A program made the translations under genes and the position numbers. The notes beneath the pieces were generated by a model that was not told where the DNA came from, ran no database searches, and saw nothing but the letters and a program-made list of their open reading frames with translations. A stretch of 64,000 bases of DNA, from contig CAYSDM010000012.1 of assembly GCA_964429855.1 (NCBI GenBank), forward strand, positions 4,203-68,202. The letters are read 5' to 3'. The first letter of the stretch is position 1. Each line of letters begins with the position of its first letter. Origin of the DNA: an uncultured Chthonomonadaceae bacterium. Lineage in GTDB: Bacteria; Armatimonadota; Chthonomonadetes; Chthonomonadales; CAJBBX01. Shown piece after piece: positions 38,374 to 47,470 of the stretch.

Positions 38374-38478
38374 ATACCTGTATTGTCTTCCTGAAACGCA
38401 TACGGTTCATCATAGAACAACCATATACAGGCGCAGCTTTCGCTGTGGAGGGCTGCGCTTTCTCAAGGAGGAAATCGG

Positions 38479-39273
38479 ATGCACCGAAGAGGCGCCTTTA
38501 CACTGATCGAGCTGCTCGTTGTCATCGCCATTATCGCGATTCTTGCAGCGATCCTCTTTCCCGTCTTCGCGCAGGCGCGCGAGTCTGCGCGTAAGACTAA
38601 CTGCCTGTCGAACCTGAAGCAGATCGGCACGGCGGCGATGATGTATATCCAGGACTATGACGAACAGTTCATGGAGGTCTACCGCTGGCACGAGAACACC
38701 TGGTGGGAGGTCTGGCCTGCGGGCGAGTACCCGAAGCCCGGTTCTAGCGAAGTGTACGGCTGGTATACCGCTCCTCGCGATCTGATGAACCAGTACGGCA
38801 TCACTCCCAACTGGGCGTATCTACTGGCCAGCGTCTATACCAAAAATGCGCAGCTCTTTGCCTGTCCCTCCGGCTTTCCCACCTGGTGGCGCCCTGCCAC
38901 CAGCAGCGACGACATGGGGTATGTGCTGACCAACTGGATTGCCGATCGGGGGATCGCCCCCTGGGACTCCAACTGGCGCGGCTCTGCGCGTATCTCCTTC
39001 ATTCCGCGCCCGGCGGAGACGATCCTGTTCTGGGAGCATGGCAAGGCCAACTGGGCGGTGGAGATCCATGGCTGGAACGGCTATCGAGACTGGAATCCCA
39101 CCTTCCCCGGACCGGAGTGGACCTGTCCTAACTGCTGGCCCGACTGGCTCCCGCAGCATGCCGGCGGACGCAATTTCACCTTCTGCGACGGTCATGCGAA
39201 GTGGGCGAAGGATGCCTCCATTGACATCTGGCACTATCCGGACCGGTGGGACTATCGCCTGCAGCAGAACTGA
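38479..39273 (+). CDS. prepilin-type N-terminal cleavage/methylation domain protein, DUF1559 (H-X9-DG) family
   Basis: [31 protein letters not shown], followed by [16 protein letters not shown] (H-X9-DG). AAGGAGG RBS. Confidence 0.9.
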   Translation: MHRRGAFTLIELLVVIAIIAILAAILFPVFAQARESARKTNCLSNLKQIGTAAMMYIQDYDEQFMEVYRWHENTWWEVWPAGEYPKPGSSEVYGWYTAPRDLMNQYGITPNWAYLLASVYTKNAQLFACPSGFPTWWRPATSSDDMGYVLTNWIADRGIAPWDSNWRGSARISFIPRPAETILFWEHGKANWAVEIHGWNGYRDWNPTFPGPEWTCPNCWPDWLPQHAGGRNFTFCDGHAKWAKDASIDIWHYPDRWDYRLQQN

Positions 39274-39288
39274 TCGAGGGAGGAGACC

Positions 39289-39519
39289 ATGAAACAGAAC
39301 GTCCCCCCGGCTCTTACCGTCCTTATACTGGTGGTTGTGCTGGCGGCGATCGGCTTTGTCGGATACTATCTGTTTCTGACCCCGAAGGCGCGTCCTTCCA
39401 CAACCAATATGACGCCCCCTTCCGGGTTTCAGAGCAAGATGCCGAAAGGCTATACGACACCGCCTCCCGGCGGACCGGCGGGTCCTGACGCCCGTAGTTC
39501 TGCCGGACAGCCGCGCTAG
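39289..39519 (+). CDS. small single-pass membrane protein with Pro/Gly-rich tail
   Basis: GGGAGGAG RBS, then ATG 39289, 15 nt after the pilin-like gene. Transmembrane helix PALTVLILVVVLAAIGFVGYYLF. Confidence 0.6.
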   Translation: MKQNVPPALTVLILVVVLAAIGFVGYYLFLTPKARPSTTNMTPPSGFQSKMPKGYTTPPPGGPAGPDARSSAGQPR

Positions 39520-39532
39520 ATGTGAGCGTGAT

Positions 39533-39970
39533 TCAGGAAGACAACACCGTGTGCCTGCCCTCGTCTGCATCGGACGAGGGCTTTTCCTCCAGAATGACCA
39601 GATGAGAGGCACAGCGGCAGTCGCTGGAGCCGAACCCCCGCGCAACGACACGCGCCTGCGGCAGCGACAGAGCGCGCCGACTCCATTCACACTCGATACG
39701 CTCCTTTGTCTGATGAATCTCCACCGCCTCCACCCGCGCATACTGCAGCAGATAGTCTATATGCCAGCGCAGACTCTTTTCCAGGCGCAGGTGACGCTGT
39801 AGACGATTGTTTAGACCGCCCAGCGCGCTGCCGGTGTAGAGATAGACTCCGCCAGGAAAGAGAAAGCAGCCCAGACGGCCGACCTCTATAAGACGCTCCG
39901 TCTCCAGACGAATGCGGAGCTGATAAACGCCGGGAGCATCAGGGAAGGAGGCGGGGTACAATGCGTTCAT
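39533..39970 (-). CDS. GIY-YIG nuclease superfamily protein (DUF123 type)
   Basis: GVYQLRI...GGVYLYTGSA...RLQRH...RWHIDYL and GFGSSDCRCASHL, as in DUF123/Uri-type proteins. Confidence 0.8.
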   Translation of the reverse strand: MNALYPASFPDAPGVYQLRIRLETERLIEVGRLGCFLFPGGVYLYTGSALGGLNNRLQRHLRLEKSLRWHIDYLLQYARVEAVEIHQTKERIECEWSRRALSLPQARVVARGFGSSDCRCASHLVILEEKPSSDADEGRHTVLSS

Positions 39971-39992
39971 CTGTTTTCGGGAGTATGAGAGA

Positions 39993-40409
39993 ATGGTCTA
40001 TCAGGAAGAGCTGGTCATACAGACGGACGGGCATCGCGATATGCAGGACCTGACCCGGCGGGTTGCGGAGGTGGTTGGGCGATCCGGCGTACAGCATGGA
40101 ACGGTTACCCTGTTCGTGATCGGCAGCACCGCCGCCATCGGAACCATCGAATTTGAGCCGGGACTGCAGCGCGATCTGCCGGAAGTGCTGGACAGACTGC
40201 TGCCGCCCAGCCGCGACTACGGACATGAACGCGCCTGGCACGACGGCAACGGTCATTCCCATCTTCAGGCGACCCTTCTGGGACCGTCGCTGGTCGTGCC
40301 GATCTGCATGGGCAGCCTTCCGCTGGGGACGTGGCAGCAGATGTTTCTGCTGGAGTGCGACATCAAGCCGCGCCGCCGCAGAGTCCATGTTACGGTGATG
40401 GGCGAGTAA
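39993..40409 (+). CDS. YjbQ/UPF0047 family protein (secondary thiamine-phosphate synthase type)
   Basis: LVIQTDGHRDMQDLTRRV...HDGNGHSHLQATLLGPS...GTWQQMFLLE. Confidence 0.85.
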   Translation: MVYQEELVIQTDGHRDMQDLTRRVAEVVGRSGVQHGTVTLFVIGSTAAIGTIEFEPGLQRDLPEVLDRLLPPSRDYGHERAWHDGNGHSHLQATLLGPSLVVPICMGSLPLGTWQQMFLLECDIKPRRRRVHVTVMGE

Positions 40410-40487
40410 CGCGAATCCATCCCACCCTGGCGTAGCACGTTTTGACAAGCATGGCAAGCGGCGGAGCATCCATGGGGGTAGGCGGAA

Positions 40488-40524
40488 CACCACCTCCCCC
40501 TTTGCGAAAGAGGGGGAGGTGGTG
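40488..40524. repeat. perfect 14-bp-stem hairpin
   Basis: caccacctccccct (40488-40501), loop ttgcgaaag, agggggaggtggtg (40511-40524). Lies in the region between the stops of two convergent genes. Confidence 0.85.
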
Positions 40525-40555
40525 ATCGTAAGATGAGTACGTCGTCAAGATAGTC

Positions 40556-40703
40556 TGGCTGTCATTCTGAGCGCAGCGAAGAATCTTAAGATGTCTCGCT
40601 GCGCTCGACATGACAGGGGTTTCGTTACGCTCGACAGGACCGTGTTGCGCTGCGCTCAACAGGACAGTGTTCCATGTGCTCGACATGATCGCCAGGCGAT
40701 GCA
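40556..40703. repeat. REP/MITE-like modular palindromic element, copy B (inverted relative to copy A)
   Basis: tggctgtcattctgagcgcagcgaagaatcttaagatgtctcgctgcgctcgacatgacaggggtttcgttacgctcgacaggac..., followed by two further gcgctcRacaKgac sub-repeats. Its reverse complement aligns with 4488-4635. Confidence 0.8.
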
Positions 40704-40725
40704 GCCCTTCTACCGCGACGATCTG

Positions 40726-41574
40726 CTAGAGACCCCGCATCTGGCGCAAATCGGCGCAGTTGCCGCCGTTATAGTCGCTCCAGTACATGCAGACGTTAGG
40801 AACCACCTCAGGGGCACCATCCGCCAGCCGGTTCTCTTTGTATCGGAACCATTTGGCGTGACCATCGGCAAATCCAAAGTTCATGCCGTTGGTGTGTCGG
40901 GGCCATCCCTGTTTGCGTACCTGATCACAGGCGCTGTCTCCCGGTCCTGGCAGGGTCATATCGCCGCGCCCCAGTCCTTTCACCGTCGTGTCGACCGAGT
41001 CTCCTAGCAGAATCAGCTCCGCTGGCGCAGACAGCGCAGCCATCGGTTTGCCGACTAAGAGTGTGCTGCGTACCGTCGCGACCACCACATTATCGCCGAA
41101 ACGAATCTCGTACGGCGCGTTGGGGTTGATCGTATTGGGGACGGCGCGCGTGAGACCGGTGTCGTTGTTCCACTGGTCGCCAGTGTTATAGCCGTAGCCC
41201 CACATATACTGCTCACGGGTCGGGTTGTCCACGCCGCCGGGCAGCAGATTGGCGCTGCAGACCCCCAGAGAAGCCATCGGAACCACATAAGAGGGGCAGA
41301 ACAGGATTTTCAGGTTTTTGATGTAGGGCTGAGGGTAGTACATAAAATCGCCGGGAAAGCCGCGAGACCAGGAGGTGACGGTCGTCTCGTCATAGTCCTG
41401 CCAATACATCTGATGTGCCAGCGAAAGCTGCTTGGTGTTGGACAGGCACGAAGATTTTCGGGCGCTCTCGCGCGCCTGAGCGAAGACCGGAAACAGTATC
41501 GCCGCGAGAATGGCGATAATTGCAATAACAACCAGCAACTCGATGAGCGTGAAACCGGCAAAACGCTTTGACAT
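40726..41574 (-). CDS. prepilin-type N-terminal cleavage/methylation domain protein, DUF1559 (H-X9-DG) family
   Basis: [36 protein letters not shown] and [19 protein letters not shown] 41574 has AAGGAG 6 nt upstream. The track ORF starts at 41592. Confidence 0.9.
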   Translation of the reverse strand: MSKRFAGFTLIELLVVIAIIAILAAILFPVFAQARESARKSSCLSNTKQLSLAHQMYWQDYDETTVTSWSRGFPGDFMYYPQPYIKNLKILFCPSYVVPMASLGVCSANLLPGGVDNPTREQYMWGYGYNTGDQWNNDTGLTRAVPNTINPNAPYEIRFGDNVVVATVRSTLLVGKPMAALSAPAELILLGDSVDTTVKGLGRGDMTLPGPGDSACDQVRKQGWPRHTNGMNFGFADGHAKWFRYKENRLADGAPEVVPNVCMYWSDYNGGNCADLRQMRGL

Positions 41575-41631
41575 CCTTCTCTCCTTATTCATGGAATGTT
41601 CTTTTTTCGGTCGTCCGACGAGAGACGACCC

Positions 41632-41802
41632 TTAGCGTCGTTCGCTCTTCTCATCGGCGCGAATGCCGCTGCGAGCCGATGAGATAGAAGAGGAAGAGGA
41701 GACAGCCGTCTCTTCTTTCTGGCTTTTGCATCCTGTGAGCATAAGGCTGCCGGAAGCCATCAGAAGAGCCAGCAAAAGAGGGCGAGATAGACGCAACATC
41801 AT
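41632..41802 (-). CDS. small lipoprotein (56 aa)
   Basis: AGGAGG lies 7 nt upstream of ATG 41802. Signal peptide plus lipobox MMLRLSRPLLLALLMASGSLMLTGC. The tail is Ser-rich. Sits directly upstream of the pilin-like gene. Confidence 0.6.
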   Translation of the reverse strand: MMLRLSRPLLLALLMASGSLMLTGCKSQKEETAVSSSSSISSARSGIRADEKSERR

Positions 41803-41956
41803 ACGGATCCTCCTGCACACGAGACGGAGTTGCGGGACTTGGTAAGACTTTGTGGATCCACGTAGTATATATAGCAAAGAATAGTTAAGACGCGATTAAG
41901 CGGGGATTAACTGATTGTTAAACAGCACAGGTTTGCGCCAGAGGGGAGACAACTGC

Positions 41957-41985
41957 TTGCGAAAACGGCGAAAAGTTCCTATAAT
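41957..41985 (+). promoter_or_regulatory. sigma-70 promoter upstream of the second PSCyt-type gene
   Basis: TTGCGA (41957-41962), 17-nt spacer, TATAAT (41980-41985), in a relatively AT-rich divergent intergenic region. Confidence 0.6.
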
Positions 41986-42077
41986 GGCTCTATCCGCCCG
42001 TAATTCTCTGTAACCGGGCGTATTAGCGACGCATATATTTAGTGCCGATAAGAATTGTCTGACGGAGGGAAGCAGGT

Positions 42078-44729
42078 ATGCCTCAACCACAGAGAGCGTT
42101 TTCCGGCGCGCGCCTGCGCATATTTACGTTATTCGCCGCCTGTTTGTTAAGCCTCGCGCTGCTTATCTCGACCCTGGCGGGAGAAAGCGCGCAGGGGCAG
42201 CGAAGCCGAAATGCGCGATCCGCCTCCTCGCCGCCGGTCAGCGGACGCCTGATCCTCATGCCATCCGCCAGCGTCATTGACGGCAGCTACGGCTACCAGA
42301 CCCTTAGCGCAGTGGTGAATTCGCCGGACGGAAGCGCGCTCGATGTGACCAGACGCGCCACGCTGACCTCCTCCAACCCCGCCGTCATCCGCATTGTGAA
42401 CGGCGTTGCGCTGCCGGTGGGCGATGGACAGGCCCAGATTTCTGCCTCCCTGAACGGGCAGACCGCGCGCATGAGCATAACGGTTCGGAATACGCGCACC
42501 GACTCCGCTCTGAGCTTCGAGAACGACATCACCCCCATTGTCATCAAAAATGGCTGTGCGGGAGCCGCCTGTCATGGTGCGCAGCACGGGCAAGCCGGTT
42601 TTAAGCTCTCCCTCTTCGGGTATGAGCCGGATAAAGACCGCGAATCGATCTGGACGGCGGATCGGGGACGGCGCATCAACTCCGGCGATCCGGCGAACAG
42701 CATGCTGCTGCTCAAGCCGACGGGCGTGATCCCGCATGTGGGCGGCAAGCGTTTCTCAAAGGATTCGCTGGAGTACCGGACGATCCTGGCATGGATACGC
42801 GCCGGTGGTCCTTTGAATCCCCGTGGAAGCGCGAATACGGCGGGGAAGAGCGGCGGACCGCAGCTTGCCTCTGCCGGATCGCCTGTAAAGCCGGCGACCA
42901 GAGTGGAACTGGAAGGGATTTCGGTCTGGCCCGAAGAGCGCGTCATTACCGCGCCCAACTCCACCCATCAGATTCTGGTGACGGCGCGATTCTCCGATGG
43001 CAGCGTTCGAGACGTTACGCCGATGGCGCGCTACTTCTCGGATGATGAGGGGATCGCCTCGGTCAATGGGCAGGGAGTTGTGACTGCGCTGCGGCACGGC
43101 GAGGCGAATATTATGGTGCGCTATCACGGAAAAGCCTCTGTCGCGCGCCTGATGGTGCTCACGCAGCCCCGTCCCGCCAGCTACCCGAACATTCCGGAGA
43201 ACAACTTCATTGATAAACATATCTTCGCCAAACTGAAGAAGATGGGGATCGTTCCGGCTCCTCTCAGCACGGATGCGGAGTTCATTCGGCGCGTCTCGCT
43301 GGACATTGCGGGAGTGTTGCCGACCTCCCGGCAGGCGCGCGATTTTGTCGCCTCGAAAGATCCCAACAAACGCGCCCGACTGATTGATGAACTGCTGGAG
43401 CGTCCCGAATACCAGGACGTGATGACGATTCAGTGGAGCGAACTGCTGCGCGTCAACCGGATATTCCTGCAGGAGCAGGGCGTCCGGCAGTATACCGGCT
43501 ACATCCGCGACAGCTTTGCGGAGAACCGCCCGTTCGATCAGTTTGTCCGCGACCTGATCGGCAGCGTCGCCTATACCCGCGAGCAGGTCGAACAGAGTCG
43601 CGAGGGGCAGACCCGCGCTGAACAGGCGGTCTACCGCAAAGCCAGCGGGCACTACAGCGGGCCGATCAACTACTATCGCGTTACCGCCGACCCCACCGAA
43701 CTGACCACCTCGACCAGCCAGGTTTTCCTGGGCGTGCGGCTGGACTGCTCCCGCTGCCACAATCATCCCTTTGACCGCTGGACGATGAAGGACTTCTACG
43801 GATTCGCCGCCTACTTTGCGGGAACCGGGTATACGCCCGGCAAAGCGCGGGATGAGTTCGCCATCTATGTGGATAAAAACGGACAGATCGTCAACCCGCG
43901 CACGAATCAGGCGGCGCTTCCCAAACCGTTGACGGCGGCGGAGGGGGCGGCGGATACCGAAGGGAAGCGGCATAAGCTGCTGGCGGAGTGGATCACCTCC
44001 CGCGATAATCCGTTTTTTGCGCGCGCGGTGGTCAATCGCTTCTGGAAGCAGTTTTTCGGGCGGGGTATCGTGCATCCGGTGGACGATTTTCGCGCCACCA
44101 ATCCCCCCGTCAATGAGCCGCTGCTGGATGCGCTGGCGAAGGACTTCATCGCCAGTAACTACGATGTCAAGCATCTGATACGCACGATCTGCAATTCACG
44201 CGCCTATCAGTTAAGCGATAAGACCAACCCGACCAACGAACGGGATACCAAGAACTTCTCCCATTTCTACAGCAAACGGCTGGGACCGGAGGTGCTGTTC
44301 GACGCGATTGTTACGGCGACCGGCGTGCCGGAGAGTTTCGGCGGCGCAGTGGCGCGGAGAGCGACCAACCTGCCGGACAACAATACCCCCTCCTACTTCC
44401 TGGACGTGTTCGGGCGCAGCCGCCGACTTCAGGTGCAGGAGCGCAGCGAGGCGACCTCCATGTCGCAGGCGCTGCATCTGATGAATGGCGATACCATTAA
44501 CAATCGAATCAAGCATCCCGAAGGGAGGGTCGCCACGCTCCTGAAGTCGCAGTTAAGTCCGAAGGAAGTTATCGAGGAGTTATTCCTTTCGACACTCTGC
44601 CGCCTGCCTACTGCTCAGGAGACACAGCTAAGCCTCAAGTATATGGAGCAGTCGCCCACGCCGAAAGAGGGCTATGAAGACCTGTTGTGGGCGATTCTGA
44701 ACTCGCGGGAGTTTATCTTCAACCATTGA
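42078..44729 (+). CDS. Big_2 - DUF1549 - DUF1553 protein (PSCyt2/PSD1 type)
   Basis: Hydrophobic leader. Ig-like segment: SSNPAVIRIVNGVALPVGDGQAQISASLNG. DUF1549 motifs: CAGAACHGAQHGQAGFKLSLFGYEPDKD and NNFIDKHIFAKLKKMGIVPAP..FIRRVSLDIAGVLPT. DUF1553 motif: CSRCHNHPFDRWTMKDFYGFAAYF. Confidence 0.9.
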   Translation: MPQPQRAFSGARLRIFTLFAACLLSLALLISTLAGESAQGQRSRNARSASSPPVSGRLILMPSASVIDGSYGYQTLSAVVNSPDGSALDVTRRATLTSSNPAVIRIVNGVALPVGDGQAQISASLNGQTARMSITVRNTRTDSALSFENDITPIVIKNGCAGAACHGAQHGQAGFKLSLFGYEPDKDRESIWTADRGRRINSGDPANSMLLLKPTGVIPHVGGKRFSKDSLEYRTILAWIRAGGPLNPRGSANTAGKSGGPQLASAGSPVKPATRVELEGISVWPEERVITAPNSTHQILVTARFSDGSVRDVTPMARYFSDDEGIASVNGQGVVTALRHGEANIMVRYHGKASVARLMVLTQPRPASYPNIPENNFIDKHIFAKLKKMGIVPAPLSTDAEFIRRVSLDIAGVLPTSRQARDFVASKDPNKRARLIDELLERPEYQDVMTIQWSELLRVNRIFLQEQGVRQYTGYIRDSFAENRPFDQFVRDLIGSVAYTREQVEQSREGQTRAEQAVYRKASGHYSGPINYYRVTADPTELTTSTSQVFLGVRLDCSRCHNHPFDRWTMKDFYGFAAYFAGTGYTPGKARDEFAIYVDKNGQIVNPRTNQAALPKPLTAAEGAADTEGKRHKLLAEWITSRDNPFFARAVVNRFWKQFFGRGIVHPVDDFRATNPPVNEPLLDALAKDFIASNYDVKHLIRTICNSRAYQLSDKTNPTNERDTKNFSHFYSKRLGPEVLFDAIVTATGVPESFGGAVARRATNLPDNNTPSYFLDVFGRSRRLQVQERSEATSMSQALHLMNGDTINNRIKHPEGRVATLLKSQLSPKEVIEELFLSTLCRLPTAQETQLSLKYMEQSPTPKEGYEDLLWAILNSREFIFNH

Positions 44730-44837
44730 GATGGAAGGAACGGGCAGGAACTCGGGAACGAGGGAGCTTTAGAGAGAGAGACATCGCCGGAATCATCGCA
44801 GGCGTCGCAGAGGGGAAAGGTCGGATTCCTGTTTTAT

Positions 44838-45962
44838 ATGGGGCATGGTCACCTGACCCAGTTTCAGAATTTTCAGGAGTGTCTGCCCGCAGAATATGCG
44901 GGTCGCGCCGAGTGGATTCCGCTCTATGGCGACTCATCGGGCGATCCGCTGTGCCGTCTGCGCTTTTTTCCGCATGATTGGCGCTACTCCCGGCATCAAC
45001 GCTGGCACGCCATGACCGGCATTGCGCGTCATAAGCGGTGGGACGGGCTGTTCTTTGCGGCGGTGTCGTTCAAGTTTCTGCCGTTCTTTCGTCGCCATCC
45101 CTGTTATGTCTATCACGACCTCTCTCCCTCGCTGATCCGCGCGCTGGGCTACGATCCGCCGGTGGAGGGGAATCTGCTGCGGGCAATCAAGAACCGCCTC
45201 CAGAGCAAGACCTTTCAGGCGGCGCGTGGCGTATTCGCCATGTCGCGCTGTTCGGCGGAGGGGATCGCGCTGGACTACGGGGTGCGGCGGGAGCGGCTGC
45301 ATATCTCGCATCCAGGCGCAAACCTGAAGCGATGGCGGTTTGTGGATCGCCGTCCGCGTCCCGCGAATCGCCCTGTGCGTTTGCTGATGGTCGGCGGATG
45401 GTTCCGGCTCAAGGGCGGCAATCTGCTGCTGGAGTGGGCCGAACGGACGCAGGCGAAGAACTGGGAACTGGATATTGTCACCTGGCCCGGACAGTTTCCA
45501 GACTGGGTGGATGAGATCATGGGGCATCCCGCGCAGGACGCCGTTATCAGCCGCTCGCTGGCTCCGCGCCTGCCCAATGTGCGCATTCATGTCGGCGTCA
45601 AGGCGAACACGCCGGAGAACCTGTCGCTCTATGAGCAGGCGGACATCTACTGTCATCCGACGCTGGCGGACGGGACTCCGATTGCCATTCTGGAGGCGAT
45701 GGCGACCGGGCTTCCGGTGGTGGCGAGCGGCATCTCCGGCATCCCGGAGATGATCCGGGAGAACGAAACCGGTCTGCTGCATCGCGCCGGGGATGTGGAA
45801 CAGATGGAGGAGCGGCTCCGGTCACTGATCGAAGATGCCTCGCTACGTCTTAAACTTGGGTACGCGGCGCGCCAATCCTGTGAAGACTATTTCAATGTCG
45901 AAAGGCAACTGAGGGACATATTCACCGTGATTGACCGTGACCGGCAGACACGGGGTGAGTGA
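44838..45962 (+). CDS. glycosyltransferase family 4 (GT-B, group 1)
   Basis: C-terminal GT1 motif: ADIYCHPTLADGTPIAILEAMATGLPVVASGISGIPEMIRENETGLL. Confidence 0.85.
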   Translation: MGHGHLTQFQNFQECLPAEYAGRAEWIPLYGDSSGDPLCRLRFFPHDWRYSRHQRWHAMTGIARHKRWDGLFFAAVSFKFLPFFRRHPCYVYHDLSPSLIRALGYDPPVEGNLLRAIKNRLQSKTFQAARGVFAMSRCSAEGIALDYGVRRERLHISHPGANLKRWRFVDRRPRPANRPVRLLMVGGWFRLKGGNLLLEWAERTQAKNWELDIVTWPGQFPDWVDEIMGHPAQDAVISRSLAPRLPNVRIHVGVKANTPENLSLYEQADIYCHPTLADGTPIAILEAMATGLPVVASGISGIPEMIRENETGLLHRAGDVEQMEERLRSLIEDASLRLKLGYAARQSCEDYFNVERQLRDIFTVIDRDRQTRGE

Positions 45963-46124
45963 GGACGGACACGCTTCATTCAGATGCTGCCCTTGCTGCG
46001 TCAGCGGCGAGGGGGCAAGTCTTCATTTCGCAGACGCCGGCAGCCAACCTGTACAACGACACACTCACACATAGATCAGGCGAACAGTCAGAGGCGCGCA
46101 GGGCGCGTCGGTAAGGGGAACGGG

Positions 46125-47465
46125 ATGGATAAAAGAGAACTGGAGCAGTTGGGAAGCTACATTGACCGAACATGCGAGGGACTGACACGCCGCCAACTGC
46201 TGAAGGTGGGCGCGGTCAGCTTCCTGGGACTGGGGCTGACCGAGTTCCTGGCATTGAAGGCGGGAGCGGACGCGCCGCAGCGCCCGAAGAGCAAGGGGGC
46301 GACCCGTGATGTCTCCGTCATTCTGCTCTGGATGGCGGGGGGGCCGAGCCATGTGGACACCTTCGATCCCAAGCCCAACGCGCCGGAGACGATCCGGGGA
46401 CCATTTGAGGCGATCAAGACCGTTGCGCCCGGCATGATGCTTTCGGAGCATCTGCCGAAACTGGCGAAAGTCGCCGACCGATTCAGCATTCTGCGCTCGG
46501 TGACGCACGGCGACGGGGCGCATGAACGCGCTCAGCACTATATGCAGACCGGCTATCTGCCCATCCCGACGATGGAGTTTCCCTCCTATGGAGCCGTGCT
46601 GGCGCGCGAGCGCGGCATGGCAAACAGTCTTCCCGCCTACGTAACGCTGCTGGGACGCGACGGAGAGGGCTACGGACCGGGTTTCCTGGGCGGCTCCTAC
46701 AGCCCCTTCTTCGCGGGAAATCCCAACGACGGTAACTATCGCGTGCCTGACCTGCCGCTGCCGGAGGGCGTGAACCGCAACCGTCTGGATCGTCGGCGCG
46801 CGCTGCTGCAGACGCTCGATACGCTGGCGCGCAGCAACGATGCCGTCAAATCTATGGACACATTCTTCCATAACGCCTATAATCTGGTCACCTCGACCGG
46901 TTCTCAGCAGGCGTTTGAGATCGGGCAGGAGTCGGCGCAGATTCGCGACCTGTATGGGCGCAACCCGTTCGGACAGTCATGCCTGCTGGCGCGTCGTCTG
47001 GTGTCGGCGGGCGTTCGGTTTGTCACCATCACACAGGGCGGCTGGGATACGCATGAGAATAACTTCCCGTCGCTTCGGAACGGTCTGTTGCCGACGATAG
47101 ATCAGGGAATGAGCGCGTTGATCGGCGATCTGGCGCAGCGCGGAATGCTGGATACCACGCTGGTGATCTGGATGGGCGAGTTCGGGCGCACGCCGGAGAT
47201 CAACAAGAACCGGAATCCGGGGCGCGATCACTGGCCCAACGCGATGTCGGTGGTGATGGCGGGCGGCGGGACACGCGGCGGAATGGTGATCGGCGAGACG
47301 GACGAGCGGGCGATGGGACCGAAAGAGCGGCCGATCCATGTGGAGGATCTCGCTGCAACCATCTATCATGCGCTCGGTATTGACCCGGAGAAGGAGTATA
47401 TCACTCCGACAGGGCGTCCGGTGCGCCTCTCCAATGACGGTAAAGTGATCCGGGAGCTATTCTAG
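46125..47465 (+). CDS. DUF1501 (sulfatase-fold) protein with twin-arginine signal
   Basis: This is the real part of ORF 45984-47465, starting at ATG 46125 (MDKRELEQLGSYIDRTCEGLTRRQLLKVGAVSFLGLGL). Signatures LLWMAGGPSHVDTFD, GGWDTHEN, WMGEFGRTP and GRDHW. Confidence 0.88.
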   Translation: MDKRELEQLGSYIDRTCEGLTRRQLLKVGAVSFLGLGLTEFLALKAGADAPQRPKSKGATRDVSVILLWMAGGPSHVDTFDPKPNAPETIRGPFEAIKTVAPGMMLSEHLPKLAKVADRFSILRSVTHGDGAHERAQHYMQTGYLPIPTMEFPSYGAVLARERGMANSLPAYVTLLGRDGEGYGPGFLGGSYSPFFAGNPNDGNYRVPDLPLPEGVNRNRLDRRRALLQTLDTLARSNDAVKSMDTFFHNAYNLVTSTGSQQAFEIGQESAQIRDLYGRNPFGQSCLLARRLVSAGVRFVTITQGGWDTHENNFPSLRNGLLPTIDQGMSALIGDLAQRGMLDTTLVIWMGEFGRTPEINKNRNPGRDHWPNAMSVVMAGGGTRGGMVIGETDERAMGPKERPIHVEDLAATIYHALGIDPEKEYITPTGRPVRLSNDGKVIRELF

Positions 47466-47470
47466 CCTCC

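Noticed and set aside
41896-42090. 64-aa minus-strand ORF in the divergent intergenic region upstream of the second PSCyt-type gene
   Set aside because: It has no RBS, it lies over an AT-rich promoter region (TTGCGA-17-TATAAT on the other strand), and its translation has no distinguishing features.
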